DNA from: Candidatus Nomurabacteria bacterium
Lineage (GTDB): Bacteria; Patescibacteriota; Minisyncoccia; Phycocordibacterales; SBAW01
NCBI GenBank assembly: GCA_943349945.1
Contig: CALQZS010000002.1
Span: forward strand, 51,278 to 115,277
DNA length: 64,000 bases
Direction: 5' to 3'
Positions 48,017 through 58,080 of the stretch are shown here, piece after piece. Position numbers and translations under genes: made by a program. Below the pieces are notes generated by a model, which did no database searches, was not told the origin of the DNA, and worked only from the letters and a program-made list of their open reading frames with translations. The first letter of the stretch is position 1. Each line of letters starts with the position of its first letter.

Positions 48017-48121
48017 ACCAGAAGTGTACTCAAAATACTGTATTTAATCTATTTGACAGAAATTTTAAAAAATGATGAAATAGAGCGCAGTTGCATCTTG
48101 TGGATCGGGAGGAACAAACAA

Positions 48122-48475
48122 ATGCTGAACGCACACTCTCTCGCCGCACAACTCGAAGCGGCATACCAGCAGCACAACCAGACAATCCGCACAGACACTC
48201 TGACATTATCAGAAGGCACGCGCAAAGCACTTTTCCGAAACATTGCTGAAAAGATGGAAGGGGTAGAAACCTGGAATGCGGCACAAATTGCGGTCTTAGT
48301 GCACAACATCATGCACTACCCGGACATACGCACCACCGCAAGTTCGGGCGAGTATGCCGCGTTTATTGCCTGGATGAAACCCTTCTTGGAAGTTTTGTGC
48401 GGCGACACCGCACTCGCCGCGTCTACCTTGGCGCAATTTAACCGACTACAGGGCGAAGACACACGCCATCTGTAG
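48122..48475 (+). CDS. hypothetical protein (117 aa)
   Basis: ORF from ATG 48122 with GGGAGG 8 nt upstream. The ORF-track N-terminal extension overlaps rplI and was rejected. Confidence 0.5.
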   Translation: MLNAHSLAAQLEAAYQQHNQTIRTDTLTLSEGTRKALFRNIAEKMEGVETWNAAQIAVLVHNIMHYPDIRTTASSGEYAAFIAWMKPFLEVLCGDTALAASTLAQFNRLQGEDTRHL

Positions 48476-48486
48476 AGCGAGTCAAC

Positions 48487-48520
48487 AAACGTCGACCTTT
48501 TGGTCGACGTTTACTTTTTA
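48487..48520. terminator. bidirectional terminator between convergent genes
   Basis: aaacgtcgacc tttt ggtcgacgttt hairpin flanked by A and T runs. Confidence 0.8.
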
Positions 48521-48523
48521 TGT

Positions 48524-49741
48524 TTATCGTCCCAGCAAGTACTTCACCGCTGCATCAGTTTGCGGGTCTTTGCCTGCCTCCACATCTTTTGCTGTGCGTT
48601 CTACTTGGATATCTGCAACGAGTCCGCCATCAGATATAGACATGCCGTTTGGGGTTAGCCAGCGCGCGATGGTGATTTTAAGCTCGGCACCACCACCCAA
48701 CTCTACCAGCTGCTGTACAGAGCCTTTGCCGAAGGTGCGGGTACCCACGGTCTTAGCTACACCATGTTGTGCCAAAGCACCTGCCAAAATCTCTGATGCC
48801 GAAGCGGAGCCTTGGTTAATAAGTACTGCCATTTTGAAGCCTTTTTTATTTGCAAACACGTTATAGCCCAAACTGCGGTGTATAGTATTTTGTTGTTTAC
48901 CTTTAAAGTCTTCGGTCACCACAATATCCCCCACCGGCAGGAAGTAGCTGGCCATAGACACCGAAGCCTCTAGGTAGCCACCTGGATTACCACGCAAATC
49001 AAGTAAGAGTTTACTGCTCCCCGAAAGCACAAACTCGCGCAATGCATTGCGGAAGAGGTTGCTTGAGTTTTGAGAGAAGCTGTACAATTCGATAACGAAG
49101 ATACCGTCGTCGCGCTTGTACGACTTGAGCACCGGGATGCTAATTGTGTCGCGCACCACCGACACCACCCGAGGCTCTGATTCGCCCGGGCGCAAAAAGG
49201 TTAGTTCAATGGGCGTGCCCTTGGGTCCACGAATTAGCTTAATTGCCTCGTTGCTGTCTATAGATATAGCGCTCGTAGTACCTATGCGCGCAATAATGTC
49301 GCCGCTGCGGATACCTGCGCGCTCTGCCGGAGAGTCTTTGAGTGGTGCCACGACCACCAAGTCACCGTCGGCGTTGTTGTCTATCTCCATACCAACGCCC
49401 CCAAACGAGCCGCTTATGTCTTCTTGGAAAACTTGTGCATCCGAGGGCGGCAAAAAGACCGTGTACGGGTCACCAAAACTTCGCGCAAGGCCGGAGATGG
49501 CGCCGTATATCTGCTCTTGGGTCGTAGGGAGCGTACTGGACGAGTTGGACATCACAAATTTGGTGTTGAGCACTTGGTACGCCTCCCAAAACTGTTGCAT
49601 GTCTATGTCGGCAGGGTTTGCAAAAGAGGTGCTTGTTGCTGCAAAACTTTGTCGCTCCGAGACACCGGCGTATACACCGCCGCCAAAGGCTATGAGCAAA
49701 CTAAGCACCACCGCAACAGCACTACCCTGTGTTTTAGTCAT
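48524..49741 (-). CDS. ctpA: carboxyl-terminal processing protease (S41, CtpA/Prc-like) with PDZ domain
   Basis: S41 catalytic Ser/Lys region and PDZ domain. Start is placed at MTKTQGSAVAVVL (ATG 49741; alternative 49750). The upstream ORF-track extension was rejected. Confidence 0.88.
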   Translation of the reverse strand: MTKTQGSAVAVVLSLLIAFGGGVYAGVSERQSFAATSTSFANPADIDMQQFWEAYQVLNTKFVMSNSSSTLPTTQEQIYGAISGLARSFGDPYTVFLPPSDAQVFQEDISGSFGGVGMEIDNNADGDLVVVAPLKDSPAERAGIRSGDIIARIGTTSAISIDSNEAIKLIRGPKGTPIELTFLRPGESEPRVVSVVRDTISIPVLKSYKRDDGIFVIELYSFSQNSSNLFRNALREFVLSGSSKLLLDLRGNPGGYLEASVSMASYFLPVGDIVVTEDFKGKQQNTIHRSLGYNVFANKKGFKMAVLINQGSASASEILAGALAQHGVAKTVGTRTFGKGSVQQLVELGGGAELKITIARWLTPNGMSISDGGLVADIQVERTAKDVEAGKDPQTDAAVKYLLGR

Positions 49742-49748
49742 ACCGACC

Positions 49749-49768
49749 ATTATACCACATGGTATACT
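49749..49768. promoter_or_regulatory. back-to-back divergent extended -10 promoters (minus TGgTATAAT for ctpA; plus TGgTATACT for corA)
   Basis: Each -10 hexamer lies exactly 7 nt before the ATG of its gene (49741 on the minus strand, 49776 on the plus strand), implying leaderless mRNAs. Confidence 0.55.
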
Positions 49769-49775
49769 CGAGAGT

Positions 49776-50687
49776 ATGTTGACACGGTATGCGCGCAAAG
49801 ACGTAACCTGGGTAGACTGTGTCTCCCCTTCCTCCGCAGAAGTACGCTCGCTCATACAGGAGTTTGGTATCGACCCTCTCATTGCCGAAGAACTACTGCT
49901 ACCCTCCTATAAGTCCAAGGTCGAACAGCGCAGCGACCACCTCTATGTCATACTCCACTTCCCTGTGTTGCATGGCGCACACCGCCACCCCGAACAAGAA
50001 ATAGACTTTCTTATCGGCAAAAATTTTTTGATCACCACCCGGTACGAAAACGTGGACCCGCTACACTCGTTTGCAAAAGCGTTCGAGGTTGAAGAAGTGC
50101 TTGGCCGCGACAGCACCACAACCCACGGCGGACACTTGTTTGTGTCGATGACACAAAATCTCTACCAAGCACTGCTCAACGAGTGCGACACACTGCGCAA
50201 GCGGCTATGGAATATCGAAGAGCATATTTTCCGCGGCGATGAACGCCGCATGGTTGCCCAACTTTCCCAAGTAGGGCGCAACATACATGACTTCCGTCAG
50301 TCGCTTGCACCGCACAATGAAATGCTGCTGTCTTTTGACCCTGCCGGCACACGCATGTTTGGTCCAGAGTTTTCCTACCATGTGCGTAGCTTGACCAACG
50401 CCTATAACCGGGTCGAGCGGGTGCTCACTGGCCTACACGACTCGTTGGGTGAGCTACGCGAGACCAACAACTCACTCCTCTCGACCAAGCAAAATGAAAT
50501 AATGAAAACGCTTACTATTATGGCGTTTGTCACCTTCCCACTTACCCTTATCTCGAGTGTATTTGGTATGAACACCTCCTACCTTCCTATCGTAGGACTG
50601 TCGGGTGACTTTTGGATGGTGATTGGTATGATGATGGTACTTGCCGCAAGCTTTTTTGTATATTTTAGACACAAAGGCTGGCTATAA
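49776..50687 (+). CDS. corA: magnesium/cobalt transporter CorA
   Basis: C-terminal two-TM region with a GMN motif (FGMNTSYLP). The N-terminal 220 aa of the ORF-track entry are antisense to ctpA and were rejected. Confidence 0.85.
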   Translation: MLTRYARKDVTWVDCVSPSSAEVRSLIQEFGIDPLIAEELLLPSYKSKVEQRSDHLYVILHFPVLHGAHRHPEQEIDFLIGKNFLITTRYENVDPLHSFAKAFEVEEVLGRDSTTTHGGHLFVSMTQNLYQALLNECDTLRKRLWNIEEHIFRGDERRMVAQLSQVGRNIHDFRQSLAPHNEMLLSFDPAGTRMFGPEFSYHVRSLTNAYNRVERVLTGLHDSLGELRETNNSLLSTKQNEIMKTLTIMAFVTFPLTLISSVFGMNTSYLPIVGLSGDFWMVIGMMMVLAASFFVYFRHKGWL

Positions 50688-50725
50688 ACCCCATGTTTTC
50701 ATTTTTGCGACGACCAAAACCGGCC

Positions 50726-52153
50726 ATGAGCACGCTCCCGCCGCTTAGACTCCACAACACTCTCTCGGGCACTGCCGAGGTATTTGTGCCGCTCTCTAAA
50801 TATGAGGTCAAGATGTACAACTGCGGCCCCACCGTATATGGCACGCAACACATAGGCAACATGCGCGCCGCAGTGTTTGCCGACACATTGCGCCGCGTCT
50901 TGTTGGCCTGGGGATACAACGTTAAGCAAGCAATAAACATCACCGACTTTGGGCACCTCGCTTCCGATGCAGACGAGGGTGAAGACAAAATGACCACAGG
51001 GCTCAAGCGCGAAGGTATGGAGCTGACGCTCGAAAACATGCGCACCTTGGCGACAAAATATATGGAAGAGTATTTTGTGGATATAGAAACCCTTGGCGTC
51101 GACCGTACTAAAATTACCTTCCCCCGCGCAAGCGACTACATACAAGAGCAAGTAGCCCTCATACAAACGCTCGAGCAAAAAGGCTACGCATACCAAACAA
51201 AAAACGGCGTATATTTTGATACGGCAAAATTTACCCAATACGGCAAGCTTGGTGGCATCAACTTGGCTGGGCAGCAAGAAGGCACACGCATCGAACAAAA
51301 TAAAGAAAAACGCAACCCTATAGACTTTGTGTTGTGGAAGTCAGACGGCACGCTTGGTTGGGAGTCGCCTTGGGGGCTTGGCTTCCCCGGCTGGCACATC
51401 GAGTGCACCGCTATGATTTTTACTCTGTTGGGTAAACAGATAGACATCCACACCGGCGGCATCGAACACATCCCTGTACACCACAACAACGAGCTAGCAC
51501 AGGCCGAGGCCGCCAGCGGCAAACGGTTTGTGCAACATTGGCTCCACAACGATCACATCACCATAGAAGGCAAGAAAATTTCCAAATCACTCGGCAACAC
51601 GGTCTACCTACACAACATACTCGACAAGGGTTTTTCTGCGCGAGCGCTGCGTTATTGGTTTTTGACCGCACACTACCGCTCTACGGCAAACTTTACCTGG
51701 GATGCGCTAGACGGCGCCAACACCGCGCTTGCCCGGCTTAAGCGCGCGTACATCGAACTCCCCCAAGGCGGCAACCCAGACGAACAATACCTACAAGATT
51801 TTTATACTGCACTTGCCGACGACCTCGACACCCCCAAAGCGCTCGCGCTTGTGTGGACACTCCTTAAAGACAAAGCAGTTGAACCCCAAACTAAACGTGC
51901 GACTATTCTAGCGATGGACCGAGTACTTTGTTTGGGACTTGTCGATACTAAACCTCCGCACAAGCTCACGATCACCCAAGGCGACCTCCCCTCCCAAGTA
52001 CAGACACTACTCGCCCAGCGCGAAGAAGCGCGTGCGCAAAAAGACTTTACCCAGGCAGATGCACTGCGTGCACAATTACACGAGTTGGGCTACGAGGTAG
52101 TCGACACACCAGAAGGCCAAACCGTGGCTAAAATAGCACAGCCAGAGGCATAG
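50726..52153 (+). CDS. cysS: cysteinyl-tRNA synthetase
   Basis: HIGH region (CGPTVYGTQHIGNMR) and KMSKS (KISKSLGN). Start is at MSTLPPLRLHNTL (alternative ATG 50693). Confidence 0.92.
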   Translation: MSTLPPLRLHNTLSGTAEVFVPLSKYEVKMYNCGPTVYGTQHIGNMRAAVFADTLRRVLLAWGYNVKQAINITDFGHLASDADEGEDKMTTGLKREGMELTLENMRTLATKYMEEYFVDIETLGVDRTKITFPRASDYIQEQVALIQTLEQKGYAYQTKNGVYFDTAKFTQYGKLGGINLAGQQEGTRIEQNKEKRNPIDFVLWKSDGTLGWESPWGLGFPGWHIECTAMIFTLLGKQIDIHTGGIEHIPVHHNNELAQAEAASGKRFVQHWLHNDHITIEGKKISKSLGNTVYLHNILDKGFSARALRYWFLTAHYRSTANFTWDALDGANTALARLKRAYIELPQGGNPDEQYLQDFYTALADDLDTPKALALVWTLLKDKAVEPQTKRATILAMDRVLCLGLVDTKPPHKLTITQGDLPSQVQTLLAQREEARAQKDFTQADALRAQLHELGYEVVDTPEGQTVAKIAQPEA

Positions 52154-52226
52154 TTTTTGTCCACCAGTTGTTCGACCAGTTGTCCATATTTCCCCACTGG
52201 CTAAATAGAGGTACTCTTGAGAGACA

Positions 52227-53606
52227 ATGGCTAAAGGAGAACACAAAGGGTTGCGTATGCCACCCCAAACACTCGAGTCTGAAAAGGCGTTGCTTGGCGC
52301 TTTGCTCATACGCCCCGAGGGTATGCTTGAGGCAACTGATGTTATTTCCCCTGATGCGTTTTATAGCGAGAAGCATCGCATCCTTTACCGCGCAATGCTT
52401 GCGTTGTTTGGCAAAAACGAACCCATCGACATTGAAAGTGTGCGTGCCAAATTAGCCGACCAAGGAGCGCTGGAAAGTATTGGCGGCGTTGCGTACTTAG
52501 CAGACTTAGCGAGCGAAGTGCCGGCCGCAAGTAACGCGCGACATTACGCTGGGCAAGTGCAAAAAAAATACATGCTCCGCAACTTGATAGACGCCGGAGA
52601 GTTTGTTGCAGAACTTGGCTACGACGAGGGCAGCGAGATAGACGAGACGCTCGACAAAGCAGAGAAGCGCGTCTACGAGGTAACCTCCTCCCCTACTCTG
52701 TCTAAATTTACATCGCTACGCGAGACGCTGACCGACGCGTGGGCACGGCTGGAACACCTGCAAGAACACAAGGACGAGTTGCGCGGCGTGCGGACCGGCT
52801 TTCGCGACCTCGACAACCTGCTGGCAGGCCTTCAAAAGTCAGACTTGATTATTTTGGCCGCCCGGCCTTCTATGGGTAAGACTGCCTTTGCGCTAGACAT
52901 CGCCCGCCAAGCAGCGGTGCAACACAATACCACTGTGGGCGTCTTTTCGCTCGAGATGAGCGCACAACAGCTAGTTGACCGTATGGTTGCAGCCGAAGCA
53001 CGTGTTAATGCATGGAACCTCCGCACAGGCCGCATCAGCGACCCGGAAGATTTTTCTCGCATCCGCGACGCATACGACCGTCTCTCGCAAGCGCCTATTT
53101 TTATAGATGACCAACCAGGCACCAATATTTTAAAAATGCGCTCTGTCGCAAGACGCCTTAAACGCGAGCAAGGCTTGGGGCTGCTTATTGTCGACTACTT
53201 GCAGCTCATGGTGCCCACCGGCGCCAAAGCCTCCGACTCTATGGTGCAACAAGTCACCGAGATCTCTCGTTCGCTCAAAAACTTGGCGCGCGAGCTAGAC
53301 GTACCAGTGCTTGCACTCTCGCAGCTCTCGCGTGCGGTGGAGCAGCGCGGTGGCAAACCACGCCTCTCCGACCTGCGCGACTCTGGCTCCATCGAACAAG
53401 ATGCCGACGTGGTTATGTTTATCCATCGTGAAGACAAAACAAACAAAGAAAGTGAGCGTCCAAATATTGCCGAAATTATGATAGAAAAACACCGCAACGG
53501 CCCTGTGGGCATGGTCGAATTGTACTTCGACGACAAGCGCACCACCTTTGTTACGCTCGAAAAGAGCGAGTTCGGCTCCTTTGATACAGCAAACAAAGAT
53601 TTTTAA
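52227..53606 (+). CDS. dnaB: replicative DNA helicase DnaB
   Basis: N-terminal domain (LESEKALLGALL), Walker A (GKTAFAL) and RecA-like fold motifs. Confidence 0.93.
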   Translation: MAKGEHKGLRMPPQTLESEKALLGALLIRPEGMLEATDVISPDAFYSEKHRILYRAMLALFGKNEPIDIESVRAKLADQGALESIGGVAYLADLASEVPAASNARHYAGQVQKKYMLRNLIDAGEFVAELGYDEGSEIDETLDKAEKRVYEVTSSPTLSKFTSLRETLTDAWARLEHLQEHKDELRGVRTGFRDLDNLLAGLQKSDLIILAARPSMGKTAFALDIARQAAVQHNTTVGVFSLEMSAQQLVDRMVAAEARVNAWNLRTGRISDPEDFSRIRDAYDRLSQAPIFIDDQPGTNILKMRSVARRLKREQGLGLLIVDYLQLMVPTGAKASDSMVQQVTEISRSLKNLARELDVPVLALSQLSRAVEQRGGKPRLSDLRDSGSIEQDADVVMFIHREDKTNKESERPNIAEIMIEKHRNGPVGMVELYFDDKRTTFVTLEKSEFGSFDTANKDF

Positions 53607-53622
53607 TACGCATATCTAGATC

Positions 53623-54240
53623 ATGAATCCGATAGAGACCCTCACTTCCCTCTTTGAGCGCTTCCCCGGTATTGGCCCCCGGCAAGCGCGACGGTTTGTG
53701 CAACACCTGCTTGCCGAGCAGCCATCACTTCGCCTACAACTCGCAGACGCGATACGCTATCTTGGCGCCCAGACCAGCCAGTGCAAAAAATGCTTCCGAT
53801 GGTTTGCGACCAACCCCGAAACTGCGGTCCATTTGTGCAACATATGCCGCGACCCCGCGCGCGGGCACATACTTTTTGTGGTGGAAAAGGATGCTGATAT
53901 AGAAAACGTCGAGCGTAGCGGCTTCCGTGGCCTCTACTTTGTACTGGGCGGCACTATCCCACTTGCCAGCGAAGAATCGCACAAACACATACGCTTGCGT
54001 GAGTTGCTTGTGCGAGTCGAGACAGACGCCGCCGAGTCCAAACTTACAGAGGTAATCTTAGGCCTCTCTGCCACCACTGAGGGCGACCACACCCGGCTTA
54101 TTTTGCAAGAAAAACTGCTCCCTATTGCTGAGGGTCTGTCCTTTAAAATCTCTTCGCTCGGCCGCGGACTCTCCACCGGCTCGGAGCTGGAATATGCCGA
54201 CCCAGACACCATCCAAAACGCCCTCAACTCCCGCAACTAG
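53623..54240 (+). CDS. recR: recombination protein RecR
   Basis: HhH motif, C4 zinc finger (CKKC...CNIC) and Toprim domain. Confidence 0.92.
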   Translation: MNPIETLTSLFERFPGIGPRQARRFVQHLLAEQPSLRLQLADAIRYLGAQTSQCKKCFRWFATNPETAVHLCNICRDPARGHILFVVEKDADIENVERSGFRGLYFVLGGTIPLASEESHKHIRLRELLVRVETDAAESKLTEVILGLSATTEGDHTRLILQEKLLPIAEGLSFKISSLGRGLSTGSELEYADPDTIQNALNSRN

Positions 54241-54278
54241 AAACCAGGCCCTTTCTATCCCCATCTGTACCGCCAAAG

Positions 54279-54350
54279 TTATCCCCACCTGAGCTCCCGA
54301 AGGTCAGTCCTTCGCGAAGGACTGACCTTCGTAAGGAAAACTGTGGATAA
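54279..54350. repeat. 72-bp palindromic module, copy 1: TTATCCCCA - N10 - 34-bp perfect palindrome - N10 - TGTGGATAA
   Basis: DnaA-box-like 9-mers in inverted orientation (the second is a perfect DnaA box complement) flank the palindrome cgaaggtcagtccttcg/cgaaggactgaccttcg at 54298-54331. Confidence 0.7.
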
Positions 54351-54427
54351 GTCTTGCTGGTTTTGGCGCTATTTGCTACCCTAGCAAAAGTGACCAATTG
54401 TGGTCGATACAAAACAGGAGGGGGACA

Positions 54428-54730
54428 ATGTCCAAACCAATACAGTTCATTACAGTCAAACAACAAAGAACGATAGATTCTGACGCGCTTGCGCAGATTG
54501 TCGCAGACGCACGAAAACAAGACGCAAGCCTGTGCATCGCCGCCGCAGAATTACAGCGGAGGTACATGGCAGGTAAGGCCCTGCTTGGCCTAAGTCAAGA
54601 TCAGCAGATTGTCTTTTTTGGTTGCATCCATGAGGTTGGTAAGAAACCAACACTCACCACAACCTGGACTGCGCAAGATTTCATGGGACAGACTGTCCTG
54701 CAACAAGCAAACCTTTGGCTCCAAAGCTAG
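54428..54730 (+). CDS. hypothetical protein (100 aa)
   Basis: ORF from ATG 54428 with AGGAGGGGG immediately upstream. One of the few clear Shine-Dalgarno-like sites in the window. Confidence 0.5.
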   Translation: MSKPIQFITVKQQRTIDSDALAQIVADARKQDASLCIAAAELQRRYMAGKALLGLSQDQQIVFFGCIHEVGKKPTLTTTWTAQDFMGQTVLQQANLWLQS

Positions 54731-54742
54731 GGGCCGCCATAT

Positions 54743-54777
54743 AAAAAACCATCCGTACGGATGGTTTTCTTTTTTCT
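54743..54777. terminator. strong bidirectional rho-independent terminator
   Basis: aaaaccatccg tac cggatggtttt hairpin followed by CTTTTTTC. Confidence 0.9.
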
Positions 54778-54801
54778 TATCTAAACCCCTCGGGTTGTAG
54801 A

Positions 54802-55149
54802 TTAGGAGAGTTTAGTTATCTTAACCTCAAAGTAAGGTTGGCGATGTCCGCGCTTTTTAAAGTAGTTGCTCTTTGCTTTGTATTTGATAACCACCACCTT
54901 TTTGGCTTTGGCGATTTTTTGGATTTCTGCCGAGACTTTTGCCCCAGGGATAGTTGGTGTGCCGATGGTGGTGTTAGAACCATCGTCTACCAAAAGCACA
55001 TCAGTAAACACAAAAGAGTCGCCCACCTGGTGGTCGCCAGGCATCTTCTCGATTTTGAGTGTATCCCCTTCCGAGACAATATATTGCTTGCCGCCGGTCT
55101 GGATTACCGCAAACTCCTTTATTTCTGCTGTTTTTTCTGCTGTGGCCAT
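54802..55149 (-). CDS. rplU: ribosomal protein L21
   Basis: FAVIQTGGKQYIVSEGDTLKIEKM matches the L21 N-terminus. Confidence 0.9.
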   Translation of the reverse strand: MATAEKTAEIKEFAVIQTGGKQYIVSEGDTLKIEKMPGDHQVGDSFVFTDVLLVDDGSNTTIGTPTIPGAKVSAEIQKIAKAKKVVVIKYKAKSNYFKKRGHRQPYFEVKITKLS

Positions 55150-55212
55150 GCCAGAGTAATATACCTTACCCCAGAGCGGGGCGCAAGAGCCTTTGGTAGT
55201 CTGCTAAAACCC

Positions 55213-56313
55213 CTATTCCTTACCCTCTAAAATAGGCTTATCTAGCAGCCCTATGTCTATATTTATGTCTGTTGAGGCGTCTATTTTGAGCACGTCCTTT
55301 TCTATCTTGCCCAGCTCCTTGGTGCCCGCGTTATAGTGGTTAACCGTGGTCGAAAGCGATGCTCCGAGCTTTTTGTAATAGTCTTGGTAGGCGTTTATAT
55401 GCCGCCCTAGCGCCTCGACATTCTTAGCAATATCTTTTGCCTGCTCTTCTATCTTAAATGCTTTAAATCCATACAGCACCGACTGCAGGTAGGCAGCAAA
55501 GGTTGTGGGCGACACAATAATAACCTTGCGGTCGTTTTGCGCATAGTCCAGCAAGCTGCGCGTGTTGACCGCCCCCACCCCGTCGTTAAGCAGGTCGTAG
55601 TAAATACTCTCGGCAGGTATGTACATAAACGCAAAAGAAAGCGTGCCATCCTTGGGCCGCACATATTTACTGGTCTCGTCGATGCGCTTTTTGAGGTCGC
55701 GCTTGAATGCTTCTTCAAACTCTACCCGGCGAATGTCGTCTTTTTCGTCATGCAGACGGGTGTAGTTTTCTAGTGGAAATTTTGCGTCCACAGGGATAAT
55801 CCCCTCTTTGGTGCGAATTATTGCGTCCACCGTTTCGCCGCCAGGAAACTCGTACTGCATAGCGTAGGCGCCAGGCGGCAGGATGTTGCTCATCACCAGC
55901 TCTAGCGATGCCTCGCCCAAGTTACCGCGCTGCTTTTGGTTTTTGAGCACCTTTTCCAAATTCGATAACTGTTCGGCAATCACAAACACCTGCTTGGTAG
56001 ACTCCTGAGTTTGGGTCACCCCCTTAACCACCTCGATAAGCTGCTCGCTCACCTGTTTGGTAATAGTGGCCATCAGCGCGCGCGCTTGGTCGGACTGCTG
56101 GCTGATTTGGTTTGACTGCGACGACATAAACTCAGACATGTTCTTTGTCCCTTCTCCCAGTTTTGTATCCATGGCACGAGTGAGCTCGGCAAGTTGGTTT
56201 TGTAGCAACATCAACCCCTGCGTGTCCGCAGGCGCATCTGTTTTTGGACGCAGAAAAAAGTACGCAACCAGCCCCAAGTTAGCAACCAAAAGCACCACGA
56301 TAAGCCATTCCAT
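55213..56313 (-). CDS. rmuC: DNA recombination protein RmuC
   Basis: N-terminal TM, coiled coil and a RmuC nuclease-like C-terminal domain (VDAKFPLENY...). Confidence 0.8.
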   Translation of the reverse strand: MEWLIVVLLVANLGLVAYFFLRPKTDAPADTQGLMLLQNQLAELTRAMDTKLGEGTKNMSEFMSSQSNQISQQSDQARALMATITKQVSEQLIEVVKGVTQTQESTKQVFVIAEQLSNLEKVLKNQKQRGNLGEASLELVMSNILPPGAYAMQYEFPGGETVDAIIRTKEGIIPVDAKFPLENYTRLHDEKDDIRRVEFEEAFKRDLKKRIDETSKYVRPKDGTLSFAFMYIPAESIYYDLLNDGVGAVNTRSLLDYAQNDRKVIIVSPTTFAAYLQSVLYGFKAFKIEEQAKDIAKNVEALGRHINAYQDYYKKLGASLSTTVNHYNAGTKELGKIEKDVLKIDASTDINIDIGLLDKPILEGKE

Positions 56314-56342
56314 ACCCCTATTCTACATGATAGAATGCCAGA

Positions 56343-56795
56343 ATGACACAAAATGACCTGCGAGAATCGATGAAGGACGCTATGCGTGCCAAAGATACAG
56401 TGCGCTTGTCTGTTATACGCGGCATTTTAACCATGGTCACCAACGACCTCGTAGCTAAAGGCAATAAACCGACCGACACACTACCCGAAGACGACATCAT
56501 GGCGCTCGTGCGCCGCGCCGCAAAACAGCGCAAAGACTCTATAGAGCAGTTCGAAAAAGGTGGCCGCGCTGACTTGGCCGAAACAGAAAAAGCCGAACTT
56601 GTGATACTTGAGAGCATGCTCCCCGCGCAGATGCCTGAGGACGCGGTGCGCGCAGCGGCAGTGGCCAAAGCAGCAGAGCTGGGTATCACCGACAAAACAA
56701 AAGCAAATCAACTCATGGGCGCCTTGATGAAAGACCTTAAAGGCAAAGCGGATGGCTCGGTAGTAAAAGCCGTGGTAGAGAGTTTGTTTGCGTAG
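56343..56795 (+). CDS. yqeY: GatB/YqeY domain protein
   Basis: YqeY-like motif (LRESMKDAMRAKDTVRLSVIRGI...). Confidence 0.8.
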   Translation: MTQNDLRESMKDAMRAKDTVRLSVIRGILTMVTNDLVAKGNKPTDTLPEDDIMALVRRAAKQRKDSIEQFEKGGRADLAETEKAELVILESMLPAQMPEDAVRAAAVAKAAELGITDKTKANQLMGALMKDLKGKADGSVVKAVVESLFA

Positions 56796-56799
56796 TGTC

Positions 56800-58080
56800 C
56801 TACTCCAACCTGTTTGAAACCTCTAAGTGAGATTCTTTTTTGGGGAACATCTCCCTCCAGATTTGTTTAAATTTATCTAGACGCGTGGGCATTGGCGCCG
56901 CCAGCGGGTGCGGGTCGAGGTTGGGCATCACCTCCATTTGCGGTGGCGCCTCTTGGTAGTCCCACAGCGCTTGCAGTGCCGCAACCACCTCTTGCGGACT
57001 TGCCATGACCATTTGGGTCATATACAAGCTCGAGTTAACCCGGAATATCTCGCGTTGCGAACTTTCGTTGGTGCGCATAATAGCTGCAGACAAGGTGGCA
57101 GGCGACGCGTCGGGCACCACAAGACCATTGACCCCGTCTTTAATAAGCGCGTGCGTTATCTTGGTATCCACCGCGATAATGGGTGTGTGTGCCGCCGCAG
57201 CGCGGATAAAAGCATCTTCGTTTTCTTCGCCGCCAGAAAGATATAAAAAGATGTTGGCGGTTTTAAGACACGACACCAACGCCTGCGCATCTTCAAAATG
57301 TACCCACGAGCGGAGTCCACGGATCCACGCACGCAGACGCCACCACCATTTACTCCCACCCAACGCGACCACAATCAGCCCAGCTTTTTGATAGGACGGA
57401 TTTGCCCGCAGCAGCGCCAACGTACCCAAAGCGGCAGAGAGCTTTTTTTTGCTCCCCAATGTCGTAGCAACTAATAATGAAAAATTTATCTCTGGGTATT
57501 TTTGTTTAACATCAAATAGTAGTGGTTCTTTGTCTGCACTTTCAGTATCGTATAAACGCGGGAATACAATTATTTTATCTTCATGATGTGCCGCGGTTAC
57601 AGACAAGTACAGTCGGGTTATATCCGAAAAAATACAGATACGGTGTGCAAGCGGCAACACCAGGGACAGTGGCATGGCCCCAAAAAAACTCAGTGGTTGG
57701 CGAAATGCGCGGGCACCCCACTCGTAGGTGCGGATGTTAACCACCCACACCTTGTCGTACCAAAACGCGAGCCACGCCCCTGCCCACCCGCTGGCACGCA
57801 CATCGTCGGAGTACACCACGTGCGCGCGGAACTCCTTTTGCCACGACACCTGAAAGCGCGCCGTGCGCATCATGGACAGTGCTTTAAATCCGAAAAATGA
57901 ATTGGTGGGATATATCCATGCGTGGTCGTTGAGCTTTTTTGTTTGGAAGCCGCTTCCGCGCCTAGTCCACACCACCACATGCAGCACATCTGCGGCACTA
58001 ACCAAGCCGTCGAGAAATTTCTGCTCTTTGCCGCCTTCTTTTAAAAACTCGGTGTTGGTGGTCAAAAACAACACGTGCAT
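56800..58080 (-). CDS. glycosyltransferase family 1 (GT4-like)
   Basis: C-terminal GT1 motif (PIIAVDTKITHALIKDGVNGLVVP). Start is at MHVLFLTTN (ATG 58080), with TATACT 6 nt upstream on the minus strand (58087-58092). The R/K-rich ORF-track extension was rejected. Confidence 0.8.
   Translation of the reverse strand: MHVLFLTTNTEFLKEGGKEQKFLDGLVSAADVLHVVVWTRRGSGFQTKKLNDHAWIYPTNSFFGFKALSMMRTARFQVSWQKEFRAHVVYSDDVRASGWAGAWLAFWYDKVWVVNIRTYEWGARAFRQPLSFFGAMPLSLVLPLAHRICIFSDITRLYLSVTAAHHEDKIIVFPRLYDTESADKEPLLFDVKQKYPEINFSLLVATTLGSKKKLSAALGTLALLRANPSYQKAGLIVVALGGSKWWWRLRAWIRGLRSWVHFEDAQALVSCLKTANIFLYLSGGEENEDAFIRAAAAHTPIIAVDTKITHALIKDGVNGLVVPDASPATLSAAIMRTNESSQREIFRVNSSLYMTQMVMASPQEVVAALQALWDYQEAPPQMEVMPNLDPHPLAAPMPTRLDKFKQIWREMFPKKESHLEVSNRLE

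Noticed and set aside
49116-49775. N-terminal 220 aa of the 523-aa plus-strand ORF (49116..50687)
   Set aside because: This part is antisense to the well-supported ctpA (S41 protease) and has a low-complexity, non-protein-like translation. The CorA similarity (GMN motif) starts at ATG 49776, which also has its own -10 box.
50693-50725. Upstream ATG as the cysS start
   Set aside because: Alignment to the CysRS N-terminus (M-LKIFNTL in E. coli versus MSTLPP-LRLHNTL here) favours ATG 50726. This start choice remains uncertain.
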